Positions 51,705-61,448 of a stretch of DNA of 64,000 nt are shown here, piece by piece. The position numbers and the translations under genes are program-made. The number at the start of each line of letters is the position of its first letter. Position 1 is the first letter of the stretch. Under the pieces are notes generated by a model that saw only the letters and a list, made by a program, of their open reading frames with translations, was not told the DNA's origin and did not search any database. Origin of the DNA: an uncultured Alphaproteobacteria bacterium (GTDB lineage Bacteria; Pseudomonadota; Alphaproteobacteria; Sphingomonadales; Sphingomonadaceae); assembly GCA_963741605.1 (NCBI GenBank), contig CAVUII010000002.1, positions 732,662 to 796,661 on the forward strand, read 5' to 3'.

Positions 51705-52376
51705 CTAATCCTGACCAGCCCCTTGCACAATCGCGACCAACGCCTCGATCGATAACGCTGCCAGCCGTGCAGCGTCGGTCAGGTTCGCCGCAAAGTCCTC
51801 TTTTCCGGTGCCATCGCCTTTGTCGGTCATCGCCTTGATCGCTGCCCAAGGCACGCCCAAAGTTGCCGCCGCTTGTGCAACCGCAGCCACTTCCATATCA
51901 ACCAATTGTGCCTGATGACGTTTTGCCAAATGTACGGATGTTTCCGAGCATGCCAAAAAAAGATCGCCGCTGACGATACGCGCGCTTGGTAGGCCAAGTC
52001 CCGGATCGGGCATCGCTGCAAAGTCGGTTTCCCCCGGCAACCCCAGCGGCCATTCACCGGCCAGAAAGGGCTGGAACCCGTGCGGCAGCCGCGCACCATA
52101 ATCATGTTGCACGGCGTGGCTGATCCAGAAACAATCGCCTGCAATTGGCGCAATCCGTCCGCAGGTTCCCGTCATTGCAATCAACTGAGTTTGCGGATCA
52201 GCCAGCATCCCAACCGCCAAAGCCGCGCGCACTTTGCCAAGCCCACAGGTTGCAATCCGCAGATTGCCAATCGAGCGCACCGGCAAATGTGCCGAGATAT
52301 AACGCTCCCCCAAATCCGGAAAAACCGCATCCGCCTCTTCGGGAAGCGCGGCAAGTATCAATATGTTGGTCGGCAT
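51705..52376 (-). CDS. MTA/SAH nucleosidase-like (purine phosphorylase superfamily) protein
   Basis: CGLGKVRAA, IVSGDLF, VDMEVAAVAQ, IKAMTD. Confidence 0.85.
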   Translation of the reverse strand: MPTNILILAALPEEADAVFPDLGERYISAHLPVRSIGNLRIATCGLGKVRAALAVGMLADPQTQLIAMTGTCGRIAPIAGDCFWISHAVQHDYGARLPHGFQPFLAGEWPLGLPGETDFAAMPDPGLGLPSARIVSGDLFLACSETSVHLAKRHQAQLVDMEVAAVAQAAATLGVPWAAIKAMTDKGDGTGKEDFAANLTDAARLAALSIEALVAIVQGAGQD

Positions 52377-52619
52377 GTGAGTCCATAATCATCAATATGG
52401 GTCCAGCGGCCTTGGCAAATTTGGCCAAAGCACGCGGGCAGGATTTCAAACATGCCGATTAACACTGAATCCGCAACCGTTCGTTCCCATTAAAGGTCAA
52501 ATTTTACTTACTCGATTGAAAGTAGAGCGCAGCCTAGTGAGGAGTGGCAACAAGCTTTTCGGCAAAATCACTGCTGCGGACATCAAAGGCCGATTGGACG
52601 AGAACGGGATTGTCAGTGA

Positions 52620-52770
52620 TTAGAGCATGATGACATTAAGTTAAACCGTAGCCCTGAGCCTGTCGAAGGGCGTTTCGCAGTTCCGCGAGACGTGGTTCAC
52701 CTGCGGTGGCCTTCGGCTCGACAAGCTCAGCACTAACGGTGTGATTCAGCCGAATGCCATCATACTCTAA
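52620..52770. repeat. Composite element: TAGAG-ended MITE-like shell around a REP doublet (52645-52740)
   Basis: Outer 18-bp inverted repeats 52620-52637 and 52753-52770 (16/18); inner CCGTAGCCCTGAGCCTGTCGAAG and TCGACAAGCTCAGCACTAACGG arms. Confidence 0.75.
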
Positions 52771-52912
52771 ACGTGCCAGGCTTTGATACGAAATACGCCG
52801 TCGGATGCGGAAAAGTGTGGCGGAATTGACCACGAAAAAGGGCGGCCCATTGCTGGACCGCCCTTCCCAATTCCCCCGTCGGGGAAAACTTGATCGCTGT
52901 ACGCGAACCGAA

Positions 52913-53284
52913 TTACTTCAGTTCTACGGTACCGCCAGCAGCAAGGATTTTCGCCTTGATGTCTTCGGCTTCAGCCTTGTTAACGCCTTCCTTGATCGCC
53001 TTAGGAGCCGATTCAACCAAAGCCTTGGCTTCGGTCAGGCCCAGAGCGGTGATCGCGCGGACTTCCTTGATGACAGCAATCTTGTTGCCGCCGTCGCCCG
53101 TCAGGATGACGTCGAATTCAGTCTGTTCTTCAGCAGCAGGAGCCGCAGCACCGGCAGGAGCGGCAACAGCCACAGCAGCGGCAGCCGAAACGCCCCATGC
53201 TTCTTCCAGAGCCTTTGAAAGGTCAGCCGCTTCGAGAACGGTCAATTTGCTCAGTTCTTCAACGAGCTTTGCAATGTCAGCCAT
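52913..53284 (-). CDS. rplL: 50S ribosomal protein L7/L12
   Basis: [32 protein letters not shown]. Confidence 0.99.
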   Translation of the reverse strand: MADIAKLVEELSKLTVLEAADLSKALEEAWGVSAAAAVAVAAPAGAAAPAAEEQTEFDVILTGDGGNKIAVIKEVRAITALGLTEAKALVESAPKAIKEGVNKAEAEDIKAKILAAGGTVELK

Positions 53285-53355
53285 ATTAAAAACACTCCAA
53301 TTTCTTTGCTATACTACCCGCGCGATCGCTCGCCACGCAGGGGATGTTAAAAGGA

Positions 53356-53871
53356 TTAAGCAGCTTCTTTCGCTGCATAGGCACCAAAGACCCGAGCCAG
53401 CTGTCCTGCAGGCGCGACAATAACCTGAGCAACCTTGGTAGCTGGAGCCTGAATAAGGCCGATCAGCTTGGCGCGCAGTTCATCGAGCGACGGCAACGAA
53501 GCCAGTGCCTTAACGCCATCGACGTTCAGAACAGTATCACCCATCGCACCGCCAACTATTTCTAGCTTGGCGTTGGTTTTGGCAAATTCGACAGCAACCT
53601 TGGCGGCGGCAACCGGATCACCCGATGTGGCAAGCGCAGTAGGCCCGGTCAGCAGATCGCTGAGCCCGGCATATTGCGTGTCTGCAAGCGCGATTTTGGT
53701 AAGGCGGTTCTTGGCGACCTTATACGTGGCACCGGCATCGCGCATCTTGTTACGAAGATCGGTAGATTGTGCGACCGTCAATCCCAGATTCCGGGTGACG
53801 ACGACAACAGCCGATTCGTTAAAAGTTGCGTTCAACACAGCAACCGCGTCGGTCTTTTCAGAACGGTTCAT
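53356..53871 (-). CDS. rplJ: 50S ribosomal protein L10
   Basis: [27 protein letters not shown]. Confidence 0.98.
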   Translation of the reverse strand: MNRSEKTDAVAVLNATFNESAVVVVTRNLGLTVAQSTDLRNKMRDAGATYKVAKNRLTKIALADTQYAGLSDLLTGPTALATSGDPVAAAKVAVEFAKTNAKLEIVGGAMGDTVLNVDGVKALASLPSLDELRAKLIGLIQAPATKVAQVIVAPAGQLARVFGAYAAKEAA

Positions 53872-53889
53872 GCATTACTCCATCACATG

Positions 53890-54090
53890 AGTTGGCGTTT
53901 AACGGCCAACCCGACACGAATTGACGAACCACCCAAATGGGCGATCCGCATATTAGTCCGTGGGGAAGGTTCTTGGCCAGTGCACAAAGGCAATGGCCGG
54001 GCGCACAAAGCGCCGGTGAATTTCTATCCCCGCCTAGGCTGGAAATTAAGAGAGGCAAATCCCCCTCACCAACTGTCTCGGACGGTGACA
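53890..54090 (-). promoter_or_regulatory. L10 leader (autogenous regulatory RNA), approximate limits
   Basis: CCGTCCGAGACAGTTGGT...TTAAT..CCAGCCTAGGCGGGG upstream of rplJ. Confidence 0.6.
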
Positions 54091-54213
54091 TGAGAGGCAA
54101 GCCCCTCGGTCGAGGGGGCGGATAGCAGGATGTGAGTGGGAGTCAAGGGGTGGAGCGGGTGCAGCCGGGCGATTGCTCTATCGCGTCCAAAACATCGCAA
54201 CACCGCTTGACGG

Positions 54214-54228
54214 GAACATCGATAGAAC
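54214..54228. promoter_or_regulatory. Alphaproteobacterial LexA (SOS) box upstream of the methyltransferase
   Basis: GAAC-ATCGATA-GAAC is an exact GAAC-N7-GAAC, between TTGACG and CATAAT. Confidence 0.72.
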
Positions 54229-54242
54229 ATAATCAGAGAGTT

Positions 54243-55196
54243 ATGGACTCTATCGAATTTTGCGCAGGCGCTGGTGGACAAGCGCTCGGACTGGAACAGG
54301 CTGGTTTCCGTCACAATGCACTTATTGAAATTGAGCCGGATTATGCAGCTACACTGCGGCTCAACCGTCCAAATTGGGATGTTCGGTGCGCTGATATGAA
54401 TCAGTTTGATGGACGACCATTTTTTGGAACAGAACTATTTGCGGGCGGGCTGCCTTGCCCGCCTTTCTCTATTGCTGGAAAGCAATTGGGTGAGCGGGAC
54501 GAACGGAACCTGTTTCCTGCGGCCATCCGCCTAATTGACGAAATTCGGCCCAAAGCGATTATGATCGAAAATGTCCGTGGCTTTTTGTCCGCAGTATTTG
54601 AGGATTATCGCAACGGGCTGAAAAGCCAACTCGAAAAACTCGGTTATAAAACCGATTGGCGATTGTTGAACGCATCCGACTTTGGCGTTCCCCAGCTCCG
54701 ACCTCGCGTGGTGATTGTGGCGATCAGAAAGGATTATGTCGATGCGTTCGACTGGCCGACAGCAAATCCACATAACCCGCCTACGGTCGGCGAAACACTG
54801 CGGGACCTCATGGGTGCCAATGGCTGGTTAGGCGCCAAAAATTGGGCCAAACGCGCAAATGATATTGCTCCCACCATTGTTGGTGGGTCGAAAAAACATG
54901 GCGGGCCAGACCTTGGCCCCACCCGGGCTCGTGCTGCTTGGGCGACACTGGGCGTTGAAGGCAAAAGCCTGTTTAACGAGGCTCCATCTTCGGACTTTGT
55001 CGGTGCGCCACGCCTGACTGTCCGCATGGTCGCGCGGCTGCAAGGCTTTCCAGACAGTTGGCAGTTCCATGGTGGTAAAACTGCTAGTTACCGCCAAGTT
55101 GGCAACGCTTTCCCTCCGCCTGTTGCACGTGCTGTTGCCAAAAATTTGCAAATCGCTTTGTCAGTGCAAAAACACTTTCTGGTCAAAGCTGCGTGA
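54243..55196 (+). CDS. DNA (cytosine-5) methyltransferase, M.NaeI-like
   Basis: FCAGAGG, GGLPCPPFS, ENVRG, PQLRPR, QVGNAFPP. Confidence 0.95.
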   Translation: MDSIEFCAGAGGQALGLEQAGFRHNALIEIEPDYAATLRLNRPNWDVRCADMNQFDGRPFFGTELFAGGLPCPPFSIAGKQLGERDERNLFPAAIRLIDEIRPKAIMIENVRGFLSAVFEDYRNGLKSQLEKLGYKTDWRLLNASDFGVPQLRPRVVIVAIRKDYVDAFDWPTANPHNPPTVGETLRDLMGANGWLGAKNWAKRANDIAPTIVGGSKKHGGPDLGPTRARAAWATLGVEGKSLFNEAPSSDFVGAPRLTVRMVARLQGFPDSWQFHGGKTASYRQVGNAFPPPVARAVAKNLQIALSVQKHFLVKAA

Positions 55197-56086
55197 ACCT
55201 GTTTCCCGATAGCGGTTATCGGGCACTGTCTTCCGAACATCCTGACCATCAGGAGCTTTCGGAATTGGAAGGCGATCTTTTGAATGCCGTTGGCGGCAAA
55301 CTTCTCTTCGAAGAAAAACTCCGCTCCTTTTTCCGTTCGGCGATTGACGAAGTGATCGACACCGCACGGACTGGAAGGTTTTTTCTCAAGGACTTGGAAA
55401 AGACCGAAAAGACTTATCTTGGCACAAAATTCGAAAATCTGCTTCGTGATTGGTTGCAAGTTCCCCGAGGGGTGGTACTTGATCTTCATATTGGCGGCAG
55501 GGAAGTTGATGTCAAATCGACAACAGGTGGCAAATCCGATTGGATGATCCCGCGAGAAGCAATCGACCAATTTTGTGTCCTACTCCGTGTCAATGAAGTC
55601 CTTTCCAAATGTGCAGTTGGGCTCGTGAGGGCGAGGCCTGATTATCTGCGGAGCAGCGTTAATCAGGATAAGAAAACATCGTTTTCTGCGGCTGGTACTG
55701 CGAACATTTGGTGGCTCGTTTCCGACTTTGATTATACACCAAACTTTTGGCTCCTAATTGACAAGGAGTTGCGAGAAAAAATCATGCTAAGCGGCAAGGG
55801 TACCAGACGGTTGGCGACCCTTTTCGAAAATTGCCTCGGCATGCCGATCTCTCGTGTTCAGGTTGCAGCAGTTGCAGCGCAAGACGACTTTATGAAGCGC
55901 CTCAGGAAAAACGGCGGGGCACGTGATATTCTCGCCCCGAAAGGCATTGCTATCCTATATTCAGAAACAGACCGAGCGTTGATGCGCCAATTGGGTTTGA
56001 ACTTTGGCTATCGAGAATTCATGTCGCATCGTGCGGTTGATGCCAAACAAGCAAAGTTGCTGCGTGATGCGGGAAAAATCGACTAG
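55193..56086 (+). CDS. NaeI-family type II restriction endonuclease
   Basis: RTGRF...LEKTEKTYLGT, VDVK, WMIP; C-terminal AQDDFMKRLRKNGGARDIL matches the NaeI pattern. Confidence 0.85.
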   Translation: MNLFPDSGYRALSSEHPDHQELSELEGDLLNAVGGKLLFEEKLRSFFRSAIDEVIDTARTGRFFLKDLEKTEKTYLGTKFENLLRDWLQVPRGVVLDLHIGGREVDVKSTTGGKSDWMIPREAIDQFCVLLRVNEVLSKCAVGLVRARPDYLRSSVNQDKKTSFSAAGTANIWWLVSDFDYTPNFWLLIDKELREKIMLSGKGTRRLATLFENCLGMPISRVQVAAVAAQDDFMKRLRKNGGARDILAPKGIAILYSETDRALMRQLGLNFGYREFMSHRAVDAKQAKLLRDAGKID

Positions 56087-56097
56087 CTAAGCCACCC

Positions 56098-57474
56098 TTA
56101 CCCCAACCCACTCACCACCATCCCCGCAACCGCAGCCACCGCTAGCGTCTTTATAATGTTCCACTTAAACCGGAACAGCAGCACGGCGGCTCCTGCGCCG
56201 ATCACCAACGTTCGCCAGTCAAAGCTGCTCCATTCGGGCCAATAGATGCGCGCGGGGCCGAAATGGAGTTGGCCGACTTCGCGGAACAACACATGCAATG
56301 CGAACCATAATGACAAATTGGCGATTACGCCCACCACCGCTGCGGTAATCATCGACAGGCTGCCCTGTAACCACGCAATACCGCGCAGCCGGTCCATCGC
56401 GGGGGCGAGCGCGAAAATCCAGAGGAAGCAGGGCGCAAAGGTGACCCATGTGGTCAGCATCGCGGCCAGTATTCCCGCTGTCCATGCGTCGAACGGCGCG
56501 GGCGAGCGGAAACCAGCGAGGAAGCCCACAAACTGCGTCACCAAAATCAACGGCCCGGGCGTAGTTTCGGCAAGGCCCAAGCCATCCGCCATCTCGCCCG
56601 CGTTCAGCCATGCGAAACCCGTGACCGCTTCTTGCGCCATATAAGCAAGCACTGCGTAAGCGCCGCCAAAGGTGACCACCGCCAGTTGCGAGAAAAACGC
56701 GCCTATATCCCACAACACATGGTCCGGTCCCAGCGTTGTATAGATCAGCACCATGGGGGCGGCCCAGATGCTGCCCCAGATAAAAATGGTTTTCAGGATG
56801 TGGGTGAGTAAGCTTGGTGGACGCAACTCCTCCACCGTTTGTGCTGAGCTTGTTGAAGCACCGCTTTCCTGCACAATACGTCCTTCGACAGGCTCAGGAC
56901 TAACGGAGAGAGGGGCGGATTTGATCCCGAGAAGCTCTGGCGACCGACGCGCAATCAACGCGCCAATCGCCCCCGCCCCCAATATCACCAACGGAAACGG
57001 CGCGCTGAACAGGAACAGCAGCACGAACGACAGCACCGCCATCGCCTGTTTGGCGCGCGTGTTGAGCGCCCGTCCCGCAATGCGGATCAACGCCTGCGCG
57101 ACAATCGCCAGCACAGCCGCTTTGATGCCCAAGAATATCCCCGCCAGCCAGCTGACCTGAAACGCCAGCACATAGAGCGCCGACAGGCCGAGCATCACCA
57201 GTGCGCCGGGCAGGACAAACAGCAATCCGGCGATCAATCCGCCGAGCGTGCCGTGCAATCGCCAGCCGATCCAGGCGGCAAGCTGCTGCGCCTCAGGCCC
57301 AGGCAACAAATGGCACAGGTTCAATGCTTGCAGATATTCGTCTTCGGAAACCCAGCGATGTTTTTCGACCACCTCTTCGTGCATCAGCGCGATTTGCCCG
57401 GCGGGGCCGCCAAAGCTGATCAGGCCGATCTTACTGAACAGGCGAGTCAGGTCTTTAAGGGTTATTTCAGTCAC
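56098..57474 (-). CDS. chrA: Long-chain chromate ion transporter with an in-frame REP insertion
   Basis: SFGGPAGQ, LPGPEAQQLA, TFGGAYAVL, AETTPGPLI. Confidence 0.95.
   Translation of the reverse strand: MTEITLKDLTRLFSKIGLISFGGPAGQIALMHEEVVEKHRWVSEDEYLQALNLCHLLPGPEAQQLAAWIGWRLHGTLGGLIAGLLFVLPGALVMLGLSALYVLAFQVSWLAGIFLGIKAAVLAIVAQALIRIAGRALNTRAKQAMAVLSFVLLFLFSAPFPLVILGAGAIGALIARRSPELLGIKSAPLSVSPEPVEGRIVQESGASTSSAQTVEELRPPSLLTHILKTIFIWGSIWAAPMVLIYTTLGPDHVLWDIGAFFSQLAVVTFGGAYAVLAYMAQEAVTGFAWLNAGEMADGLGLAETTPGPLILVTQFVGFLAGFRSPAPFDAWTAGILAAMLTTWVTFAPCFLWIFALAPAMDRLRGIAWLQGSLSMITAAVVGVIANLSLWFALHVLFREVGQLHFGPARIYWPEWSSFDWRTLVIGAGAAVLLFRFKWNIIKTLAVAAVAGMVVSGLG
56835..56906. repeat. 72-bp REP doublet inside the chrA coding sequence
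   Basis: 26-bp inverted arms (21/26), same family as 52645-52740. Confidence 0.85.
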
Positions 57475-57606
57475 ACAAACGCTCCTTCATCCGCTGTAGG
57501 ACGGACAATGGCAACGCTTGGGCCAAAATGCTGGCCTGACCGGGGGGTTGCGACGCCCCGATCTTAATGGGGTATCGCGCCGCGCGTGCTTGCGCAACGG
57601 CTAAAT

Positions 57607-57801
57607 TCAGGCTTCTGCCAAAGCGCGTTTCTCGGCTTCGTTGGCTTCGCGGCCCTTGACGGTGCTTTCGGCTTTTTCGGCCATTTCGATCCAGGTGTCG
57701 CGGGCGACGATATGGCGGTCGCGGACATTGTCCAGCGTTGCATTGTCGGCGTCGCGCTGCGCCTGTGCTGCGCGTTCACGGAAAAATACGGAAGTTGCCA
57801 T
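57607..57801 (-). CDS. Small helical hypothetical protein downstream of infA
   Basis: MATSVFFRERAAQAQRDADNATLDNVRDRH...; AAAGGA RBS. Confidence 0.75.
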   Translation of the reverse strand: MATSVFFRERAAQAQRDADNATLDNVRDRHIVARDTWIEMAEKAESTVKGREANEAEKRALAEA

Positions 57802-57928
57802 TGCTTTATCCTTTGCAGTTTTGCGATGTTTTACGGCAACAGCGTGAGCCCACTTTCTTTGATGATCCTGAAATCGGGATCGATCCATGGAAAGCGGGCT
57901 AACGGTGTTTCGACGCCCGTCGAATATC

Positions 57929-58189
57929 CTACCGCCGACGCGGTGGTCCGCCGCCAAAGCCAGAGCCTGGCGTGCGTTCGCGGAAAATAATGCGACCCTT
58001 TGACAAGTCGTAGGGCGTCATTTCGACATGGACACGGTCGCCCACGACGGAGCGGATGCGAAATTTGCGCATCTTCCCCGCCGTGTAAGCGATGATTCGG
58101 TGATCATTTTCCAGCGTAACGCCAAAGCGTCCATCCGGATAAATTTCGTCGATCACCCCTTCGAGCGTCAGTAGCTCTTCTTTTGCCAA
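57929..58189 (-). CDS. infA: Translation initiation factor IF-1 (probable paralogue)
   Basis: [32 protein letters not shown]. Confidence 0.92.
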   Translation of the reverse strand: MAKEELLTLEGVIDEIYPDGRFGVTLENDHRIIAYTAGKMRKFRIRSVVGDRVHVEMTPYDLSKGRIIFRERTPGSGFGGGPPRRR

Positions 58190-58193
58190 TGGC

Positions 58194-58403
58194 TTAGTCA
58201 GCAGCCGAAAGGTTCACGGCAGATTCTTTGCCGTTTTTGCCGGATTCGATTTCGTAATTGACGCGCTGATCTTTATCGAGCGTCATCATGCCTGCGGCTT
58301 GAACAGCCGAGATGTGCACAAAGCTGTCATTGCCGCCGCCATCGGGAGCAATAAAGCCATAGCCCTTGTCGGTATTGAAGAATTTTACGGTGCCTGTTGG
58401 CAT
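58194..58403 (-). CDS. Cold-shock protein
   Basis: [24 protein letters not shown]. Confidence 0.96.
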   Translation of the reverse strand: MPTGTVKFFNTDKGYGFIAPDGGGNDSFVHISAVQAAGMMTLDKDQRVNYEIESGKNGKESAVNLSAAD

Positions 58404-58520
58404 GGGATGTTCCTTTCACGAAACGGTTACCGCACGACAACAGCGCCGCACGGGGGAGCCAGGGTCGTGTCAGAAAAGCCGTTGCGCGCGCCCGGGTTAC
58501 CCCGAATCAACACCTCAAAT
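58404..58520 (-). promoter_or_regulatory. Long cspA-type 5' leader (possible thermosensor), approximate limits
   Basis: About 120-nt GC-rich leader ending GAAAGGAACATCCC-ATG. Confidence 0.4.
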
Positions 58521-58688
58521 TTCCATCGCGTTCGACGATAGCGTCAGGCCCCATAGACTAGATATGAAAATTACGCAAATCGGCATAAAGTTGCATTTGC
58601 CCTTGCCGAAGTAAATCCCACATTGCTCCGTTTGCGGATGCGCCTTAGCCTTTGAAACTTGAGAGGGTGAACGCGAAGGGATTCGCCA

Positions 58689-59465
58689 ATGCTTGATTTT
58701 TTTCACCAAATCGATTGGGCTGCAATCGCTCCCTATATCGCAGTCGGATTCGTCGCGCAGATCGTTGACGGCGCGTTGGGCATGGCATTTGGCGTCATCT
58801 GTTCAACCCTGTTGGTCAGTGTGATGGGTGTGCCGCCAGCGCGCGCTTCGGCGGGGGTCCATTTGGTGGAAATGTTTACCACCGGAGCCTCTGGGATCAG
58901 CCATGTTCTGCACAAAAACGTCGATTGGAAACTCTTCTCCAAAATCGCCATTCCGGGGGTAATCGGCGGCATATTGGGGGCGTATGTTTTGTCGAATATC
59001 GACAGTTCTGCGGCCAAACCCTTCGTCATGCTGTACCTGACCTGCATCGGTTTTTACTTACTGTATAAGGCGCTTACCTACCCCACTGTCCCCAAGGTAA
59101 AAGACCCCAAAGTCGCAATCCCATTGGGGCTGTTTGGCGGATTTATGGACGCATCGGGCGGCGGTGGATGGGGGCCGGTGGTTACCTCTAACCTGTTGAT
59201 CCAGGGCACAGACCCGCGCAAAACCATTGGCACCGTCAACACGGCGGAATTTTTCCTGACCCTCACCGTATCGGCCACCTTCATTGCAACGATCGGACTG
59301 GAGGCGTTCACTGTGGTGACCGGCGGCCTATTGGTTGGTGGGTTGTTGGCGGCCCCGTTCGGCGGCTATATCGCGAAACGGATCGAGGCGAAAAACCTGT
59401 TGACCATGGTCGGTGTCGTTTTGACAGCAACGAGCCTTTTCAGCCTGTACAAGGCATTGAGCTGA
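58689..59465 (+). CDS. TauE/SafE-family sulfite exporter
   Basis: AQIVDGALGMAFG, GFMDASGGGGWGP, IGTVNTAEF. Confidence 0.9.
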   Translation: MLDFFHQIDWAAIAPYIAVGFVAQIVDGALGMAFGVICSTLLVSVMGVPPARASAGVHLVEMFTTGASGISHVLHKNVDWKLFSKIAIPGVIGGILGAYVLSNIDSSAAKPFVMLYLTCIGFYLLYKALTYPTVPKVKDPKVAIPLGLFGGFMDASGGGGWGPVVTSNLLIQGTDPRKTIGTVNTAEFFLTLTVSATFIATIGLEAFTVVTGGLLVGGLLAAPFGGYIAKRIEAKNLLTMVGVVLTATSLFSLYKALS

Positions 59466-59503
59466 TCGCTTGAATTGATAATGGCAGCGCGGTAGTCCGT
59501 GAT

Positions 59504-60028
59504 ATGCTGCGCGCTGCTTCCACGCTTGCCGAAAAGATGATCAAGGTTGATCATGCGGGAGAGAATGGGGCGGTAAATATCTATCGGGCGCAGGCCATGG
59601 TTTCACGGATGTTGCGTCCGAAGCTTGTTTCACCACTGCGCGAAAACCAGCGGCATGAAGAACATCATCGCCGCATTTTTGCCGATTATCTCTGCGCGCG
59701 CAACATCCGGCGCTGTATCAGTTATCATATGTGCGGAATTGGCGGCTTTGCGTTGGGCTTTGTTACGGGGGTGATGGGCCGCAAGGCCATTTTTGCAACC
59801 ACTTATGCTGTGGAGCATGTGGTTCTGGCGCATCTCAACCACCAGATGACCTATTTGCGCGAAGCAGAGCCGCAGGCCTTTGCCTGTGTTGCAGATATAT
59901 ATGCCGATGAAAAAGCGCACCATGATTCCGCAGAGGTGGGAATGGGCGCACCAGATGCGTTAACACGGTCGTTAATCTTTATCGTCCGGCTTTGCACAGA
60001 GGCCGTGATCCGATTTGGGATGCGATAG
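59504..60028 (+). CDS. Coq7-like demethoxyubiquinone hydroxylase family di-iron protein
   Basis: KVDHAGENGAVNIY, EEHH, VEHVVLAHL, DEKAH. Confidence 0.85.
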   Translation: MLRAASTLAEKMIKVDHAGENGAVNIYRAQAMVSRMLRPKLVSPLRENQRHEEHHRRIFADYLCARNIRRCISYHMCGIGGFALGFVTGVMGRKAIFATTYAVEHVVLAHLNHQMTYLREAEPQAFACVADIYADEKAHHDSAEVGMGAPDALTRSLIFIVRLCTEAVIRFGMR

Positions 60029-60051
60029 TTTCGACCGACCCATTCCAAACG

Positions 60052-60083
60052 AAAAGGCCGGAGCGTTTCCACCCCGGCCTTTT
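60052..60083. terminator. Bidirectional terminator after rplA
   Basis: AAAAGGCCGG...CCGGCCTTTT. Confidence 0.75.
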
Positions 60084-60104
60084 GTCGTTATCAACCGCAA
60101 AGGC

Positions 60105-60800
60105 TTAAGCGCCAGCGACGTCCGATACGTTCACTTTCAAGCCGGGGCCCATCGAAGAACTGATCGCAACCTTACGGACATATTTGCCCTTCGATCCCGA
60201 TGGCTTCGATTTGATAACCGCATCGACCAGCGCGTCAAAGTTGCTGCGCAGATCAGCGTCGGAGAAGCTCTTCTTGCCGATACCGCTGTGAATGATGCCC
60301 TGTTTTTCAACGCGGAATTCAACCTGACCGGCTTTCGCGGCGGCAACCGCTGCGGCAACGTCCATGGTCACGGTTCCCAGTTTCGGGTTTGGCATCAGGC
60401 CCTTTGGACCCAATGTCTTACCCAAACGGCCAACGATGCCCATCATGTCAGGAGTTGCGATCACGCGGTCGTAATTCAGGTTACCGGCCAACATGTCTTC
60501 CATCAGGTCTTCGGCACCAACCTTGTCGGCCCCAGCAGCAGTCGCTGCTTCGGCCTTGTCACCGCGTGCGAACACGGCGACCTTCATGTCTTTACCGGTG
60601 CCTGCGGGCAGCGATACCATGCCACGGACCATCTGGTCAGCATGACGGGGATCAACGCCCAGGTTCAGCGCGACTTCGATGGTTTCGTCGAACTTGGCTG
60701 TTGCCAATGCCTTGATCGTCTTGATCGCGTCATCGACAGTGTACAGTTGTTCACGGTCAAGCGTGCTCAACGATTTTGCTTTTTTGGTTAGCTTTGCCAT
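60105..60800 (-). CDS. rplA: 50S ribosomal protein L1
   Basis: [29 protein letters not shown]. Confidence 0.99.
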   Translation of the reverse strand: MAKLTKKAKSLSTLDREQLYTVDDAIKTIKALATAKFDETIEVALNLGVDPRHADQMVRGMVSLPAGTGKDMKVAVFARGDKAEAATAAGADKVGAEDLMEDMLAGNLNYDRVIATPDMMGIVGRLGKTLGPKGLMPNPKLGTVTMDVAAAVAAAKAGQVEFRVEKQGIIHSGIGKKSFSDADLRSNFDALVDAVIKSKPSGSKGKYVRKVAISSSMGPGLKVNVSDVAGA

Positions 60801-60804
60801 TGGT

Positions 60805-61236
60805 TCAGCCCTCCACGATTTCGAGGCCCATGGCTGTCGCCGAACCTGAGATGATTTTTACGGCCGCGTCCATGTCGTTCGCGTTGAGGTCAGCCATTTT
60901 CAAAGTGGCGACTTCTTCCAATTGCTTGCGCGTGATTTTGCCAGCGGACAATTTGCCGGGCTCTTTCGAACCCGATTTCAGGCCAAGCACTTTCTTGATC
61001 AAGAAAGTCGCCGGGGGCGCTTTCATGATGAAAGTGAAGCTCTTGTCCGAAAACACGGTGATCTTGGTTGGAATGGGCGTGCCCTTTTCCAGATCGCCGG
61101 TGGCGGCATTGAACTGTTTGCAGAATTCCATGATGTTCACGCCGCGTTGGCCCAATGCAGGGCCGATTGGCGGGGACGGGGTTGCAGAGCCAGCGGCTAC
61201 CTGCAGGCTAATATAGCCGTCAATTTTCTTGGCCAC
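60805..61236 (-). CDS. rplK: 50S ribosomal protein L11
   Basis: [23 protein letters not shown]. Confidence 0.99.
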   Translation of the reverse strand: MAKKIDGYISLQVAAGSATPSPPIGPALGQRGVNIMEFCKQFNAATGDLEKGTPIPTKITVFSDKSFTFIMKAPPATFLIKKVLGLKSGSKEPGKLSAGKITRKQLEEVATLKMADLNANDMDAAVKIISGSATAMGLEIVEG

Positions 61237-61380
61237 GAAAGGCCTCCTTTCATTCTATCGCCACCCAAGCATGCGCGAAGGCAGGTCAAATTAAGCGGTC
61301 AAACGGCTTTATACCAAATTGCTTTGGTCCAAACCTCCCGCACGGGAATCACTGGAACAAGCCCCAAGCGAAGGCGCGCG
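61237..61380 (-). promoter_or_regulatory. rplK leader (possible L1-binding RNA), approximate limits
   Basis: GTGCGGGAGG...GACCGC upstream of rplK. Confidence 0.35.
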
Positions 61381-61448
61381 ATTAGGGAGCGTGTGATAAA
61401 AATGCAAGCGGAAACCACTTTTTCCGCGGTTCATCGCACAAAGCCTTG

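Noticed and set aside
52516-52623. Resemblance of GNKLFGKITAADI to the ribosomal protein L9 C-terminus
   Set aside because: Too short and lacks the rest of the domain; likely chance
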